Source: Pelagomonas calceolata (taxonomy: Eukaryota). Taken from it: 64,000 nt of DNA. The position numbers and the translations under genes are program-made. The notes under the pieces are model-generated. The model searched no databases. It had not been told where the DNA came from and was given only the letters and a program-made list of their open reading frames with translations. The stretch spans positions 2,108,001 to 2,172,000 of the forward strand of contig CAKKNE010000006.1 of assembly GCA_918797485.1 (NCBI GenBank), given 5' to 3'. Below, piece by piece: positions 33,804 through 44,752 of this stretch (position 1 is the first letter of the stretch; every line of letters begins with the position of its first letter).

Positions 33804-33882
33804 AAAACCGAGTAACTAGTCTCTCTCTCTCTATATACGCGTACATCAATGTACGTCACCGCACACACTAAGTCCTCTTACA

Positions 33883-34707
33883 CTAGATGCTCTTCACCGA
33901 CCGCAGCTCGTCACCGTTCACAAGTTCGGCCGCGTCATAGTTTGCGTACGCCGCGCGACAAGAATCACAGATACACGCGAAGCCGTACGCCCGGAAGAGG
34001 CGGTCGCGTCTGGTTTGAGACGGCAGGAGCCGCTCGGACTCGTCGCCGTAGTCCAGGAGCAGCTCGCCGCCCGCCTTGACGGATCGCGTCGCGACCAGGG
34101 CGCACCGTTCCCCGTTGAAGACGCGCTCGCAGTTCGCGCCGCGCCCGCAGGCGTGGTTGACTCTACTAAGACGCTCGTAGACGTATCCAACACCTTGAAA
34201 CTCCACGGCGTTCGTGCGCCAGAGGCCCCGCGCCGTCTTGAGCCGCCACCGCGGGAAATCGTGTTCTTCATTATCAAGGCGCACTTTACATATTGCTCGC
34301 TCATCGCCGTCATCCGACACGTCCACCACGTCCCCGAACCGCCCCGCGAACTCATCTTCCTCCAAACCAACAGAGACGAGGCACCGGTCGCCACTTTGCG
34401 CGTCTCTAATGGAATCCGCGAGCCGCCAGACCTTGGCTTTCACGTCATCGTCCAACCTTGACAGGGCGTGGCCCGCGTAGAGCCGCATCAACGCGTTCGC
34501 CCGCTCGGGGGCGGTGTCGCCGGCCGCGACCGCGGCGACGATCGCTTGCACGTCCTTCCTTTGCAGAAAAGCATGATCGTTGAAGATCTTCTCGATGGAC
34601 ACGGTCCAGAGCGGCTCCTCCTCGAGCACCGTGGCGCCGGCGGCGACCGGTGCCGTCGCGACCAGGCCGAGGCCCAGCACCTGGCCCACTTCTCGCACCT
34701 CGACCAT
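33883..34707 (-). CDS. SET domain (SMYD-like) methyltransferase
   Basis: GLGLVATAPV, SRVNHAC, GELLLDY, YGFACICDSC. Confidence 0.88.
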   Translation of the reverse strand: MVEVREVGQVLGLGLVATAPVAAGATVLEEEPLWTVSIEKIFNDHAFLQRKDVQAIVAAVAAGDTAPERANALMRLYAGHALSRLDDDVKAKVWRLADSIRDAQSGDRCLVSVGLEEDEFAGRFGDVVDVSDDGDERAICKVRLDNEEHDFPRWRLKTARGLWRTNAVEFQGVGYVYERLSRVNHACGRGANCERVFNGERCALVATRSVKAGGELLLDYGDESERLLPSQTRRDRLFRAYGFACICDSCRAAYANYDAAELVNGDELRSVKSI

Positions 34708-34999
34708 GGCTGCCCCTCAGCTTAATTGCTCGCCCCGCGCGTCGTCGGAGAGCGCTGCGGCAATGCGTGCGACGGATCGATGGCGTTTTGGCTCTCGGCT
34801 GGAATCGATGGCGCTCCACCCCAGAGGCTGCCCCGCACCATCCGCACCGCGGCCCGGCGCGCGAGGCCTCTTGTGATGTGGTTCCTGCCTATGGATTCGG
34901 TTCCGATCTCGGAACCGGGTCTCCGGCGTCTCGGGGGCTGTGGAGGGCAACGACCGCGGCCCGCGTCGGGCCCCCCCGCGATACACAACAAAGAACAAC

Positions 35000-36127
35000 C
35001 TAGAAGGACCCGAGCTTCAGGAGCGCCGGCGAGTGCGGCGACGTCGCGCGCGACGGCGAGCCCGGCGGCGTCGCGGCGTCGAAGACCTCGGCGAGCACGC
35101 GCGCCGCTGTGTCGCGTCGCGCGTGTGCACCACCTGAGTAGGCCCAGAGCAACGCCGACAGCGTCACGAGCACGACGCCTACCAGGTGCTGCAGGTGATG
35201 CGCCGCGAGGTGCTGGGGGCTCAGGCTCGTCCCGTTCGCGACGAACGCCAGGAGCCACTGCGGGACGACCTTGCACGTGCCCACCACACCCACACTCGTG
35301 GACGACGTCAGCGTTGCCAGCACGGTGAAGGACAGCTGGACGCCGCTGACGAGGAGCGTTGAAATAGCGAAGCGCGCCGTCTCTAGATGGAGCGTCGCGA
35401 CCGCGGCGACGCCCTCGTACAGTAGCGCCACCGGGAACGCGGCGAGGGCACTGAAGCAGAGCTTGAGGAACGTAAACTCGGCGTACGACGTATTCTCGGC
35501 GTCGATCTCGCGCCGGGCAGATTTCCTTAGCAGCGCCACCACAATACCCTGGAAGGCCGGGCCGATCAAATTCAGGGCGATGGCGTAGATCGGCGCGTCG
35601 CCCGGTTCGACGGCATCTATGGCGTTGGTGGACACTAAGCACGCGCCGACGAAACACCCAACAAGCGCGAGCGCCCCCGCGGGACTGGGCACCTCGCGGT
35701 TGATTAATCGCGCGAAGAGAGCCGTCCAGAAGATGTCCGTCGCCATCAGTAGCACGTGGAGCTCGACGGACACCAAACTGAGTCCGACGTTCGTCACGCC
35801 CAGCTTGAGCCCGAAGGCCACGCCGAGGGGGGCGATGTTCCTAGCCTTGCGACGGAGCTCGGCGCGCGTCGGTCGCGCGAGGGCGCCCGTCGCCGCGGAA
35901 TGCAGGACGTGGCAAAGGCCGAAGAGCAACGCCGCTCCAAGAAGCTGACAGGCAGTCATAGCTAGAGGCGCACCGTTCGCGCCGCGTTTCAGCACGGCCT
36001 TGTTGGCCAGTGGGACGACGGATATTGTGAGCAGGCAGAGGATTATTGCTACGGCGACCTTGCAGCGCTGTTGCGGCGCCTCTGCAGCACCAGCGGTGCC
36101 ATCACCAGGGATGGCTCCGTAAGCCAT
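35000..36127 (-). CDS. Nucleotide-sugar/triose-phosphate transporter family protein (paralog of 26572..27630)
   Basis: Collinear similarity, e.g. RRKARNI.PLGVAFGLKLG.TNVGL. Confidence 0.8.
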   Translation of the reverse strand: MAYGAIPGDGTAGAAEAPQQRCKVAVAIILCLLTISVVPLANKAVLKRGANGAPLAMTACQLLGAALLFGLCHVLHSAATGALARPTRAELRRKARNIAPLGVAFGLKLGVTNVGLSLVSVELHVLLMATDIFWTALFARLINREVPSPAGALALVGCFVGACLVSTNAIDAVEPGDAPIYAIALNLIGPAFQGIVVALLRKSARREIDAENTSYAEFTFLKLCFSALAAFPVALLYEGVAAVATLHLETARFAISTLLVSGVQLSFTVLATLTSSTSVGVVGTCKVVPQWLLAFVANGTSLSPQHLAAHHLQHLVGVVLVTLSALLWAYSGGAHARRDTAARVLAEVFDAATPPGSPSRATSPHSPALLKLGSF

Positions 36128-36266
36128 GTTTGATACGATGCTTGGCAGCGCCTAGCGCGTGCGCAGCGTGTCGCTGCTGGCCTGGTAGTAATACGTACAA
36201 AGACACAGCGAGAACTAATGGGTTTAAGGCTGCCAAAAGTACGCTCCAATTCGACTCGTGCGGCAG

Positions 36267-36288
36267 CTAGCGGTGTGTAAGATACTAG
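36267..36288 (+). promoter_or_regulatory. CTAG-box motif copy
   Basis: CTAGCGGTGTGTAAGATACTAG ~140 nt upstream of ATG 36127. Confidence 0.7.
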
Positions 36289-37907
36289 AATTCAAACTCG
36301 ACGCGTAATGCAGCTGCTTGAGTACCGTTCTGTTCGCTAATGGTCCAAAGAGATCAATGGGACACGTACTGGGGGCCGAAAAAGGAAATTTTTTAATTCG
36401 CGGCCGAGAGCGCCCTACGGTCTATGGCGGCCGCGCCGGTTAAATCCTGTCAATCCCTGCCAAATAGGTCTCCCTGGGGTCGCCTAGGGTCGGTACTATG
36501 CACGTGCACGCGCCTATCCCGCATGCGCCGCCGCTTCAAGCATTTTTGGTCGATTTCTCTCAGCAGACCACTCGGTTTGGCCATTTTTTTGCCATGGTTT
36601 GCTTCCAGGGCCCTCCGAGACCACTAGGCTGCTGCATAAATGGCGTAAGCGGTGCAGGCGCTTACCCACTACCAGACCTACCCCGAGAGACCTCCAGGAG
36701 CCGATCTGCCCCCGAAAAAAGTGTGCAATTTGGACCAGATGGCGCCTCGTTCCCGTCAAAAACGTCAATTACCCGAGGCCCCCCAGGAATCGTAATAGCG
36801 GTCTCGTTGGACCCCATACTACCCCACCGATAGTCAATTACAAGTATATGACATCTACATTATAAGAAGGGTACTTTTGGCTGCACACGCTTGGGACGTG
36901 AACATCTTTATCTGGACCTCGCGTAAGTCCATCGGTCATAAAATAAATGATCGCGTCATGATCCATGGTGATGTTACACGGGCTGATGGTCGCAGGTCTA
37001 GTCATCGTGCCCAAATTGGTGAGATATTGGGCCCGCGAGACCGACGACCCGCGCCGAGCATCGTGGGGTCTCGAGCAATGTAGTAGGTATTGAGGCCGGT
37101 TATCTGGCCCGTCCCACTACTAAATCGCCTGAAACGCAAATTTATTTTATAAACAACCGGTCTAGGGCCTTTTTGGTGCTCCGTCAACGTACCGTCGTCC
37201 GCGGAGAACGGGCAAGTCGGTCGATTGTGAATAGAACAACGGCGTTATGGTCCATCTGGATGGTGGCGTCGCTGATACTCGCGGGTCTAGGTTCTGAGCT
37301 TGTCTACACATAAACGTGGGGGCGCCGAGTCGCTGTTTCGCGCGGCTCTAACGGAGCACCTAAAATAGCTGAGTGGGCGCTGATGCGGCTTGGATGGACT
37401 CTACCGACAACAAACGAATAAAAACGAACATAAACGCGAGAGTTGTCTAGTAGAATTCTTCTCCCGCCCTCCGAGCGCGGGCCGTCGGCTCCGGTGCCGT
37501 CGATTGTGTATGAAAACTGGGCTGGAGTTGATATAATGTACCATCTGGATAGTAGATGGCGGCATCAATCGCTGGCCTACTTTAGCAACCCGTAAGTCTC
37601 ATCCGCGAATGTCGCGGGCGGTGCTTTGCGGGAGCCGCGAGGGTATGTTCCCGGGCCGCTACTCTGAAATCTTTGGTCGCGCCGAACGACTAGGATATAT
37701 TCTTAATTTGGGTCCTTCTTTTGACGCTATCGAAGCGTGTCTTTGAATTTGCTAGTAAGTCGATTACGCTAGCTCCGATGACCGATGTCTCCCCCCAGGG
37801 GCTCCGCCCACTAGTCCTAGCACCGTAACATAATATTCCCGATAAGCAATATTACGTGCTCGCCGGGAAGGGGCTACTGTACAAGGGGGGAGAAGCGAAC
37901 ACGACGA

Positions 37908-38759
37908 TCACGCGGACCGGATCGGTGCGAAAAGCCAGCCGTCGTCGGAGCCCGTCGCGCCGGGGAGCCGCCGCGGCGCGGCCGCCGGCGCGCGCGCAGG
38001 GGTGGGCGCGGGCGCCCGGTCGGTGGCGTCGAAGAGCCAGCCCTGCGACCCGTGGCGCCCCGGCAGCGGCGGCGGCGGCGGCGTCGCGCTCGCGACCGTG
38101 GATTCCGAGGCCGTGTCCCCATCCAAGCGCCTCTTCCTATCCTCGCAGAAGTGGAGCAGCGCCGAGACAGAAACCGCGCCGTTCGCGCCGAGCGCCGCGA
38201 CGGCGGCTTGGGCCTCGGCCTCGCGCAATTTGCCGCCGTGCAGCTGGCACGCGCGCCGCAGGGCCTCCGCATCCAAGCGCGCGCCGGCGGCCTGCCGGCC
38301 GTCGCGCTGGGCGTCGAGGCCCGTGACAAAAAATTCCTCCACGACGTCGTCAACGCTGTGGGCCAGCAGGAGCCGATCCAAGACAACTGCTAGCTTGCGC
38401 AGGCCGCGCGGCGCCGCCTCTCGGTCGGGCGGCCGCGGCGGCCGCCCCTCGCCCGGTCTGGGCGTTGGGCGGCGGTCGGCATCGTCGGGGTGCGGCGCCT
38501 GTGGTAGTGGTGGCGGCGGCGCGGCGGCGGCGGCGGCGGCGGCGCGGGGGCTCCCCTCCTCCATCGAGCGGGTTCGTGGCCGCTTCTTCTTTGCTGTTTT
38601 TTTCCCGGTCGCGACTGCGACCGCCGCGCTGGCCAGCTTCTTCGCCGACTTGACGAGGGAGTTCGCGCGGCGCCGCGTCGGGCTTATCGGCTTTTTTGGC
38701 GGCGGGGCGCCGCCCGACGCGGCGCCGCCCGGTGTTCCATTGGTGCCAGCCTGTTCCAT
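37908..38759 (-). CDS. Low-complexity protein with a degenerate EF-hand-like pair
   Basis: FFVTGLDAQRDG...LRRAC...NGAVSVSALLHF. Confidence 0.5.
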   Translation of the reverse strand: MEQAGTNGTPGGAASGGAPPPKKPISPTRRRANSLVKSAKKLASAAVAVATGKKTAKKKRPRTRSMEEGSPRAAAAAAAAPPPPLPQAPHPDDADRRPTPRPGEGRPPRPPDREAAPRGLRKLAVVLDRLLLAHSVDDVVEEFFVTGLDAQRDGRQAAGARLDAEALRRACQLHGGKLREAEAQAAVAALGANGAVSVSALLHFCEDRKRRLDGDTASESTVASATPPPPPLPGRHGSQGWLFDATDRAPAPTPARAPAAAPRRLPGATGSDDGWLFAPIRSA

Positions 38760-39515
38760 CCCAGGGTGGTGGCAGAGGCGCGCGCCGACGGGAGAGGCTG
38801 CCCCAGGGCGCGACGGCGGAGTCGACCCACGCGTCCGCCTGTTAATTCGTGCAGAGCTGGCTCCCGGCGGGCAGGGCCACGAAGATGCGCGGCACCGGAG
38901 CTGGCCAGAGCATGGGGTGGCCTGATGCCAAAACCCAGCACCGCGTGCCCCGCCGCAAGGAGGACGCGTTTCGGGCGGTAGCCGGACGTGTCGCACGCGG
39001 TCGGTGGGGCCGGGACCGCTGGAGCCACTTTCGGTCGCTGGCACGTTCGCGGCACGCGGACCCTCCGGACGCGGGGTCATCTTAGGGTCATCTGTAGTCG
39101 CGGTGGCGGCGCGGATAGTAAGCGTGGCGGGGCGGCAGCGGCGGCGCGTGGGTGTGAGTCACGAATCAATATCACTTATAGCCAGCGCTCGCCATAGATA
39201 TGTTCAGGGATGGGGGTACGATGTGATTCCGCCGCGAAGTCTCGCGATGGGTGTGGTGGGGATAGTGTACGTCTGCGTTCCTCTCCTGCGAGAGAAGGTT
39301 GTATGTGCACAACGGGCGCCTCGCGCGACGCCACCTCGGGCGCGCCGCGGCCGCGCTGTGCCAGTCTAACTTCACAAGCAGATCTCACATGCGATATGCG
39401 CGCCGCGCGCATTCCAGAACTCCCATGACCCAAAGAGCAATACGAAAGCAACAGAAAGAGGACCGGGGAACTTTGGGCCAACGGCCGCGCGCGATTCAGA
39501 AAAAACCAATACCAT

Positions 39516-41561
39516 TTACCACACCTCCTCCTCGATCGACGAGCACCCGATCTCCTCGATGCGCTCCACGCAGGCCCGCACGTCGGACTCCATCCCCCGC
39601 CGCCACTCGTCGTACGCGCCGCGCGGCGCCTCGCGGCGCCGGACGCGGCGCCGCCACGCGGCCTTCTCGCGCGCGAGGGCCGCGAGCCGGTGCTCGAGCA
39701 CCGTGACCTCGCCCTGGGCCTCGCGGCGTTGGGAAGAGCGCCGCGACCGCCGCGAGCCGCGCGACGACGCGGACCGGTGCGACCGCGCCGACCGGAGGGA
39801 TGGAGGCGGCGGCGGCGGCGTCCCTTCGAGCGTTGTTGGTCGCAGTAGGGGCGGCGGCCCGGCGTCCGGGGCGCGCAGCTCGCCGACGGCGCGCGCGAGG
39901 GCCTGCACCAGAACGTTGACGGCCGCGGGGTCCGAAGCCGGTGGCGGCGGCGGCGCCTCGCCGCCGGCCGGCGCCGCGGCGACTCGCGCTAGACCAGTGG
40001 CGGCGCTGGCAGCGACGCCGACGGGGACGCTGACCGGCGGCCGGCGCGCCGTCGGCGCCAGCGACGCCTCGCCATCATCGTCCGGCGCTGCACGGACCAC
40101 GGGCGGCATCGACGCCTCGCCGAGCAGCACGACGTCGGGCGGCAGGGGCCGCGGCGCCGCGCGCCGCTTCGGCGGCGGCCGTATTTTCACGGGCGACGGC
40201 GTATTTGGTGGCGACGGTATGGATCGCGGCGGCGCGTCGCGCGGCAGGAGGAACGTCGCCGTCCAGCGCGCGTCGTTGTCGTCGGAGACGTCGGGCGTCC
40301 AGCGCGGCTCCGGCCTGGAACGCGTCGTCTCCACGAGGTCCGCCGCCGCTTTTGACTCCGAGGCGCGCGCGCGCTCGTAGAACGCGCGCTCGACGTCCAG
40401 CCGCTTCGCCTTGCGATTTTGTGAGTACCTCGCTAATGCTTCAAAGCACTTGCCCTCGAGCTGCCGCGCCCAGTGGTACAAAGCGCGCACGTTTTGCGCC
40501 CGCGCTTCCCGCCGGGCGCGCGCGCCGCGGCGCCAGTCCGCGAACGCGTCGCGCGTCATGCGTTGGGAGCCAGCGCCCCGCAATAGGCGACAGCTGATCG
40601 ACACGTTCGAGACGGTGCGCCACCGGACCACGCAGCGCTTTAGTAACTCCGCGCGTCGCCGCCCTCGACCGTGCTTCGACACCATCCTCACGACGGCGTC
40701 GCCGCGCGCTCGACGCGCCCAAGCTTCATACGCTCGTTGTAGCCGCCTCCTATTGAGGTCGCGCGCCGCTGCTCGCCGCTTCTCGCGCGCGCGCGCCCGT
40801 TTTTGCGTCGAAGCGTGCCACCTTTGCAAAAAGTGCGTAGCTTGCGCGGTCCGCAGCGCGCGAGTGTCCATCGCCGCGACGGCCTTCCGCCGCCACCGCT
40901 TGACGGCCAATCTACGAGACGCCCCCAGTCCTCTCACTGTCGCGGCCATGGATTGGGTGGTCGCGAGCTTCTTCGAACAGCGAGACCGCAGTAGAGCTAA
41001 AGCGGAGCCGCAGCGGCGCCTTCTGAAAAACGCGTCGGCTAATGAGCAGTCCTCGCGCTCCTCATAGACGATACGGCACCAGATTTGTAGTGAGTCCGAC
41101 ATTAGTACTTGACGTCTGGACAAACCAAGGCGCTGGATGGCCGTGCGCACCGTCTCCGTGGACGCGTTCGCGAGGGACCGGCGCGCCGCCTCCAATACAC
41201 TTGATGCGATGACATCAGACGTGCCCTCGAGGTGCGCCGCGTCGGCGACGGCGCCGACCGCGACCGCTAACACAGCTCCATCCACGAGCCCGTTGACGGC
41301 GGCCGCGGCGGCCTCCTCCAGCAGATCGTCTGATTCAGGATGAACGACCTCGTCTCTTGTATCGAAGTAGATCGTCTCCTCGCCTTCGTCCTCTTCATAC
41401 GCCGGCGGCGCGCTCGTGATCGAGGCGTCAACGGGGATATTGTCCTCGTCGCTCAGGCTCGTCCTCGTGATCGACGCGTCGACCGGTACGTCCTCGTCGT
41501 CGCTCAGGCTCGTCGACGCTGAGAGCAGCTCGTAGCTGCGGCCGGCGATGCGGACGGACAT
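39516..41561 (-). CDS. Sfi1-like (centrin-binding W-repeat) protein
   Basis: Periodic basic repeats ending in W (VKRWR, FLQRWH, AYEAWA, VVRWR, AFADWR); N-terminal tandem duplication TSLSD...PVDASIT. Confidence 0.6.
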   Translation of the reverse strand: MSVRIAGRSYELLSASTSLSDDEDVPVDASITRTSLSDEDNIPVDASITSAPPAYEEDEGEETIYFDTRDEVVHPESDDLLEEAAAAAVNGLVDGAVLAVAVGAVADAAHLEGTSDVIASSVLEAARRSLANASTETVRTAIQRLGLSRRQVLMSDSLQIWCRIVYEEREDCSLADAFFRRRRCGSALALLRSRCSKKLATTQSMAATVRGLGASRRLAVKRWRRKAVAAMDTRALRTAQATHFLQRWHASTQKRARAREKRRAAARDLNRRRLQRAYEAWARRARGDAVVRMVSKHGRGRRRAELLKRCVVRWRTVSNVSISCRLLRGAGSQRMTRDAFADWRRGARARREARAQNVRALYHWARQLEGKCFEALARYSQNRKAKRLDVERAFYERARASESKAAADLVETTRSRPEPRWTPDVSDDNDARWTATFLLPRDAPPRSIPSPPNTPSPVKIRPPPKRRAAPRPLPPDVVLLGEASMPPVVRAAPDDDGEASLAPTARRPPVSVPVGVAASAATGLARVAAAPAGGEAPPPPPASDPAAVNVLVQALARAVGELRAPDAGPPPLLRPTTLEGTPPPPPPSLRSARSHRSASSRGSRRSRRSSQRREAQGEVTVLEHRLAALAREKAAWRRRVRRREAPRGAYDEWRRGMESDVRACVERIEEIGCSSIEEEVW

Positions 41562-41786
41562 TTTTTTTTTTTGACGACGTCGAGCTAGAGAATCCCCGGC
41601 CGACGGCGCGAGATTTTTTTTTGTCTTGAGTGCTGAGCTCTCCCTTAGCTCTATCCAGGAGCGCCGCGCTTCGTGCTCCTCGCTGCGCGTGGGTCCTTCG
41701 CGGTTTGGAAGCTGCTGCTGAGACGAACTAACAGCGGTCCTAGAGCGCAGGCGAAGCCTGTAAAGACGACGCGCGCGCAAAGACTA

Positions 41787-41807
41787 TTAGCGTAGCAAAC
41801 ACACTAG
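41787..41807 (+). promoter_or_regulatory. Degenerate CTAG-box motif copy
   Basis: TTAGCGTAGCAAACACACTAG between divergent genes. Confidence 0.4.
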
Positions 41808-42070
41808 CTTTTTGCCGGGGACGGCGCTTACAAAAACCAGCCACACGGGGGCGCTGAGCGAGTTGGACGCGCCGAGGCTAGCCCGTTTTTCGACCAAAGG
41901 CTGCAGTAAAGCTTCGGCCCGCTGCGAGGCGCCAGGACCACTTCTCCCTACCGCCCTTGCTAGGAACCCCGTGCGGCGGCCCGCCCGCGCGCGGCGCGCC
42001 CTCACCACTTGCTCCCGGCCGCTCCTACGGCGGCGGCGCCGCGCGCGCGAAACGAGCCTACAAAAAAAAA

Positions 42071-43354
42071 ATGCAGATCCGCGTCGCGCTCCCGCCCGGC
42101 GTCCAGCCCGGTCAAGTGATCCAGGTGCGGGCGCCGAGCGGCGCGATCGTCCAAGTCAGGGCGCCGCCCGGCGTGCCCCCGGGGGGCACATTTGTGGTCT
42201 CCGTGCCCGACGCACCACAAACGGTCCAGAGCTACGCGGCGCCGAAGCCCGTAGCACCGAGGCCCGTAGCGCCGACGCCATCGCGACTCCAAGCGCCGAC
42301 GCCCTACCGCCCACCACCCCAACAGTACAAGGCCGCGCCGCGCCTCTACTCGACGGGCGCCATCTACACCAAAAATCAAAATCCGACGTGCGCCGACGGC
42401 GGCTGGTGGAAGTGGAAGTGTTGTGCTGGGAGTCAAAATTACTGCGCCTACACGCCGTGCTGCTGCTGCTGCTGCACGGACCAGGTCTACGCCGTGGAAC
42501 AGTCGACGGTGGGCATCGTAGAAAAGTTCGGAAAGTTCCAGAAAGTCGCGCCGCCCGGAGAATGCCTGTTAAACGCACCGTTCGGTTTCTGCGTGCCCTG
42601 GGAGACGGTAGCGCAAACCCTAAACATGCGGGTGCGGCAGAACCGAAGCGATGTCAGCGTGAAGACGAAGGACAACGTGTTTGTGGAGGTGAAGGTCGTG
42701 GTCACTTTCAAGATCGCGGATCCCCAATTAGCTGCTTACAAATTGAATAGGGTCGATGCTCAACTTAGTTCATATGTGGAGGATGCCGTGCGAGCGGCCG
42801 TCGCTCGCGTCGAGCTCGACGACGTCTTCACCATTGGCGAAGAGTTGGAGAGAGCCGTCAAAGACTCGACGGAAGCGAGGATGCTCGAGTACGGCTACGC
42901 CATACTGGATACGTTAGTGTTAGGCATCCAGCCGGAGCCTCGCGTGAAGGCCTCAATGAATGAGATAGAGATGCAAAAGAGGTTGAAGCTCGCCCAAGTG
43001 CACCAGGCGGAGGCGCAAAAAGCCATCGACATCAAATTGGCCGAAGCGCGCGCCGAAGCTAAACATTTGAACGGCGTCGGACTCGCTCGGCAGCGCAGCG
43101 CCATGGTCGAGGGGTTTGCGGCTTGTGTGGACACGCTGAACGTGACGGAGGACGACAAGTTCTCGTCGGACGCGACGGAGTTGCTACTCACCACCCAATA
43201 CATGGATTTGCTCGACGCCGTGGCGGAGGACGCTCGTACTCGCGGTAACGAACGACCGGGCACGCAGACGCAATTGATGCTGCCGACGGGCATCGATAGT
43301 GTGGACGAGATGCGGTCGAGGCTGCGCGTCTTCGCGGGGGCCTTTAAGAAATAG
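42071..43354 (+). CDS. SPFH/band-7 protein (HIR-like)
   Basis: VEQSTVGIVEKFGKF, VKTKDNVFV, VKASMNEI, GVGLARQR, TQYMD; Cys cluster before the domain. Confidence 0.9.
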   Translation: MQIRVALPPGVQPGQVIQVRAPSGAIVQVRAPPGVPPGGTFVVSVPDAPQTVQSYAAPKPVAPRPVAPTPSRLQAPTPYRPPPQQYKAAPRLYSTGAIYTKNQNPTCADGGWWKWKCCAGSQNYCAYTPCCCCCCTDQVYAVEQSTVGIVEKFGKFQKVAPPGECLLNAPFGFCVPWETVAQTLNMRVRQNRSDVSVKTKDNVFVEVKVVVTFKIADPQLAAYKLNRVDAQLSSYVEDAVRAAVARVELDDVFTIGEELERAVKDSTEARMLEYGYAILDTLVLGIQPEPRVKASMNEIEMQKRLKLAQVHQAEAQKAIDIKLAEARAEAKHLNGVGLARQRSAMVEGFAACVDTLNVTEDDKFSSDATELLLTTQYMDLLDAVAEDARTRGNERPGTQTQLMLPTGIDSVDEMRSRLRVFAGAFKK

Positions 43355-43413
43355 TGTTTGACACCCTTGCGTCGGCGGCGTGGGGCGCGCTATGTACCAA
43401 TACTCTAGTCTTC

Positions 43414-44601
43414 TTACGCGTCCTCTACTTCATCCAGGTCCCCATCCTCCCGGGCATCCGTCGGCGGCGTCTCGCGGGCGCGGAGCGCCGCTCGCGCGTC
43501 TCGCAGGGATTCCTCAAATGACGCTGTGAGCGGGTGCGCGCCACCGAGCACACGCCGTGCGGTCGATGCCGTGTCCTCGAGCGTCGTCACGGCCTCGCGG
43601 AGTTCGTCGAGCGTCGCGCCGGGGTCCTCGTGGAGCGTATCCGCGTAAGTCCACCTCATCTTCAGCGTGATTTCATTACTCTCTCCGAGAGCACGCCGCG
43701 CCACAGGGATCGATTTGCGCATCAATGACCTGGCTTCTTCGAAGCGCTGTAGCTCAGAAAGGGACGTCGCGTAGTTGCCAGCTGCTTGGAGGGTTAGTTC
43801 ATGGTCTTCTCCATGGAGCCTCACCCAGCCAGAGTATACGTCTCGCTCTGTCCGATGTGCCTCTTCAAGTCGCCCAAGCCGTCGATACGTGACCGCAAGA
43901 TTACTCTGCACGGAGAGAATGCTAGGTTCTGATCCGCCACAGCGCCGCTCCAGAGACAACACGGCCTCTTCCACGGCCAACGCGTCCGTGTGCAGGTCTA
44001 CCGCGGCTAAACCGTTCGCAAGCTGCGTCATCGCGGCGCTCCGAAGCTGGTCCGTCTCCGGCCGCCCGACGTACGTCTTCCAGCACGCCCACCCGAGCGC
44101 GCACGCCACATACCCGTGGTACCTTTGCTCGCACAAGCTACAGTCAGACCACCACCTCCACCTCCTATTAAATGCATCCCAGTCCAAATTATTCAGTTCG
44201 GCCTCCGCGACCGAAATCTTCGCCTGCTCCGCCAGACACGACACGTGCGCGATGCCCGTCGTTCCGGAAGCGACGCCGTCGCGATCTCCACACGCGCATC
44301 CGCGCACGAGGCCTTCTCCCGTGCGCGAGTGGACGGCCTCCGTGCAGATGTAGCACGTCTGGCCCTTCGTGTCGTCGGCGCACGCCTCGACCGCGACCGC
44401 GACGGCCTCCTTGTATTTTTTGTCGGCGTGATATTGCTCCGCGTTGCCGCCGCGGTGTATTTTCTTGCACATCTGCTTGTGGCCGCGGCGCCAGTGGTCA
44501 TGTTGGCAAGTGGCGTTGCAGTACCTCAATTTACATCTAACGCAACGCGGCGCGTTGTGGGCCAGTGGGGCGGCGCAGGCGGCGCAATTTGTGAGGATCA
44601 T
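43414..44601 (-). CDS. MYND finger, RING-CH-like finger and TPR (kinesin-light-chain-type) protein
   Basis: CAAC..CVRC..YC..CQ..H..HKQMC; CYIC..GCAC..HVSCL..CSLC; SNLAVTYRRLGRLEEA repeats. Confidence 0.88.
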   Translation of the reverse strand: MILTNCAACAAPLAHNAPRCVRCKLRYCNATCQHDHWRRGHKQMCKKIHRGGNAEQYHADKKYKEAVAVAVEACADDTKGQTCYICTEAVHSRTGEGLVRGCACGDRDGVASGTTGIAHVSCLAEQAKISVAEAELNNLDWDAFNRRWRWWSDCSLCEQRYHGYVACALGWACWKTYVGRPETDQLRSAAMTQLANGLAAVDLHTDALAVEEAVLSLERRCGGSEPSILSVQSNLAVTYRRLGRLEEAHRTERDVYSGWVRLHGEDHELTLQAAGNYATSLSELQRFEEARSLMRKSIPVARRALGESNEITLKMRWTYADTLHEDPGATLDELREAVTTLEDTASTARRVLGGAHPLTASFEESLRDARAALRARETPPTDAREDGDLDEVEDA

Positions 44602-44752
44602 CTTGCGTTTGCGGAGAGTTATTGGGTCTGCGGCGGCTTGACTCTGGTAGCTAGTTTTTTCAACTCCAAAAAAACAACACACAGACTGGTGCGTCGTGGC
44701 GTCGGGGCGGTGCTCCACGCCGTCGACACGACGTCTAGACGGGACTACTTAC

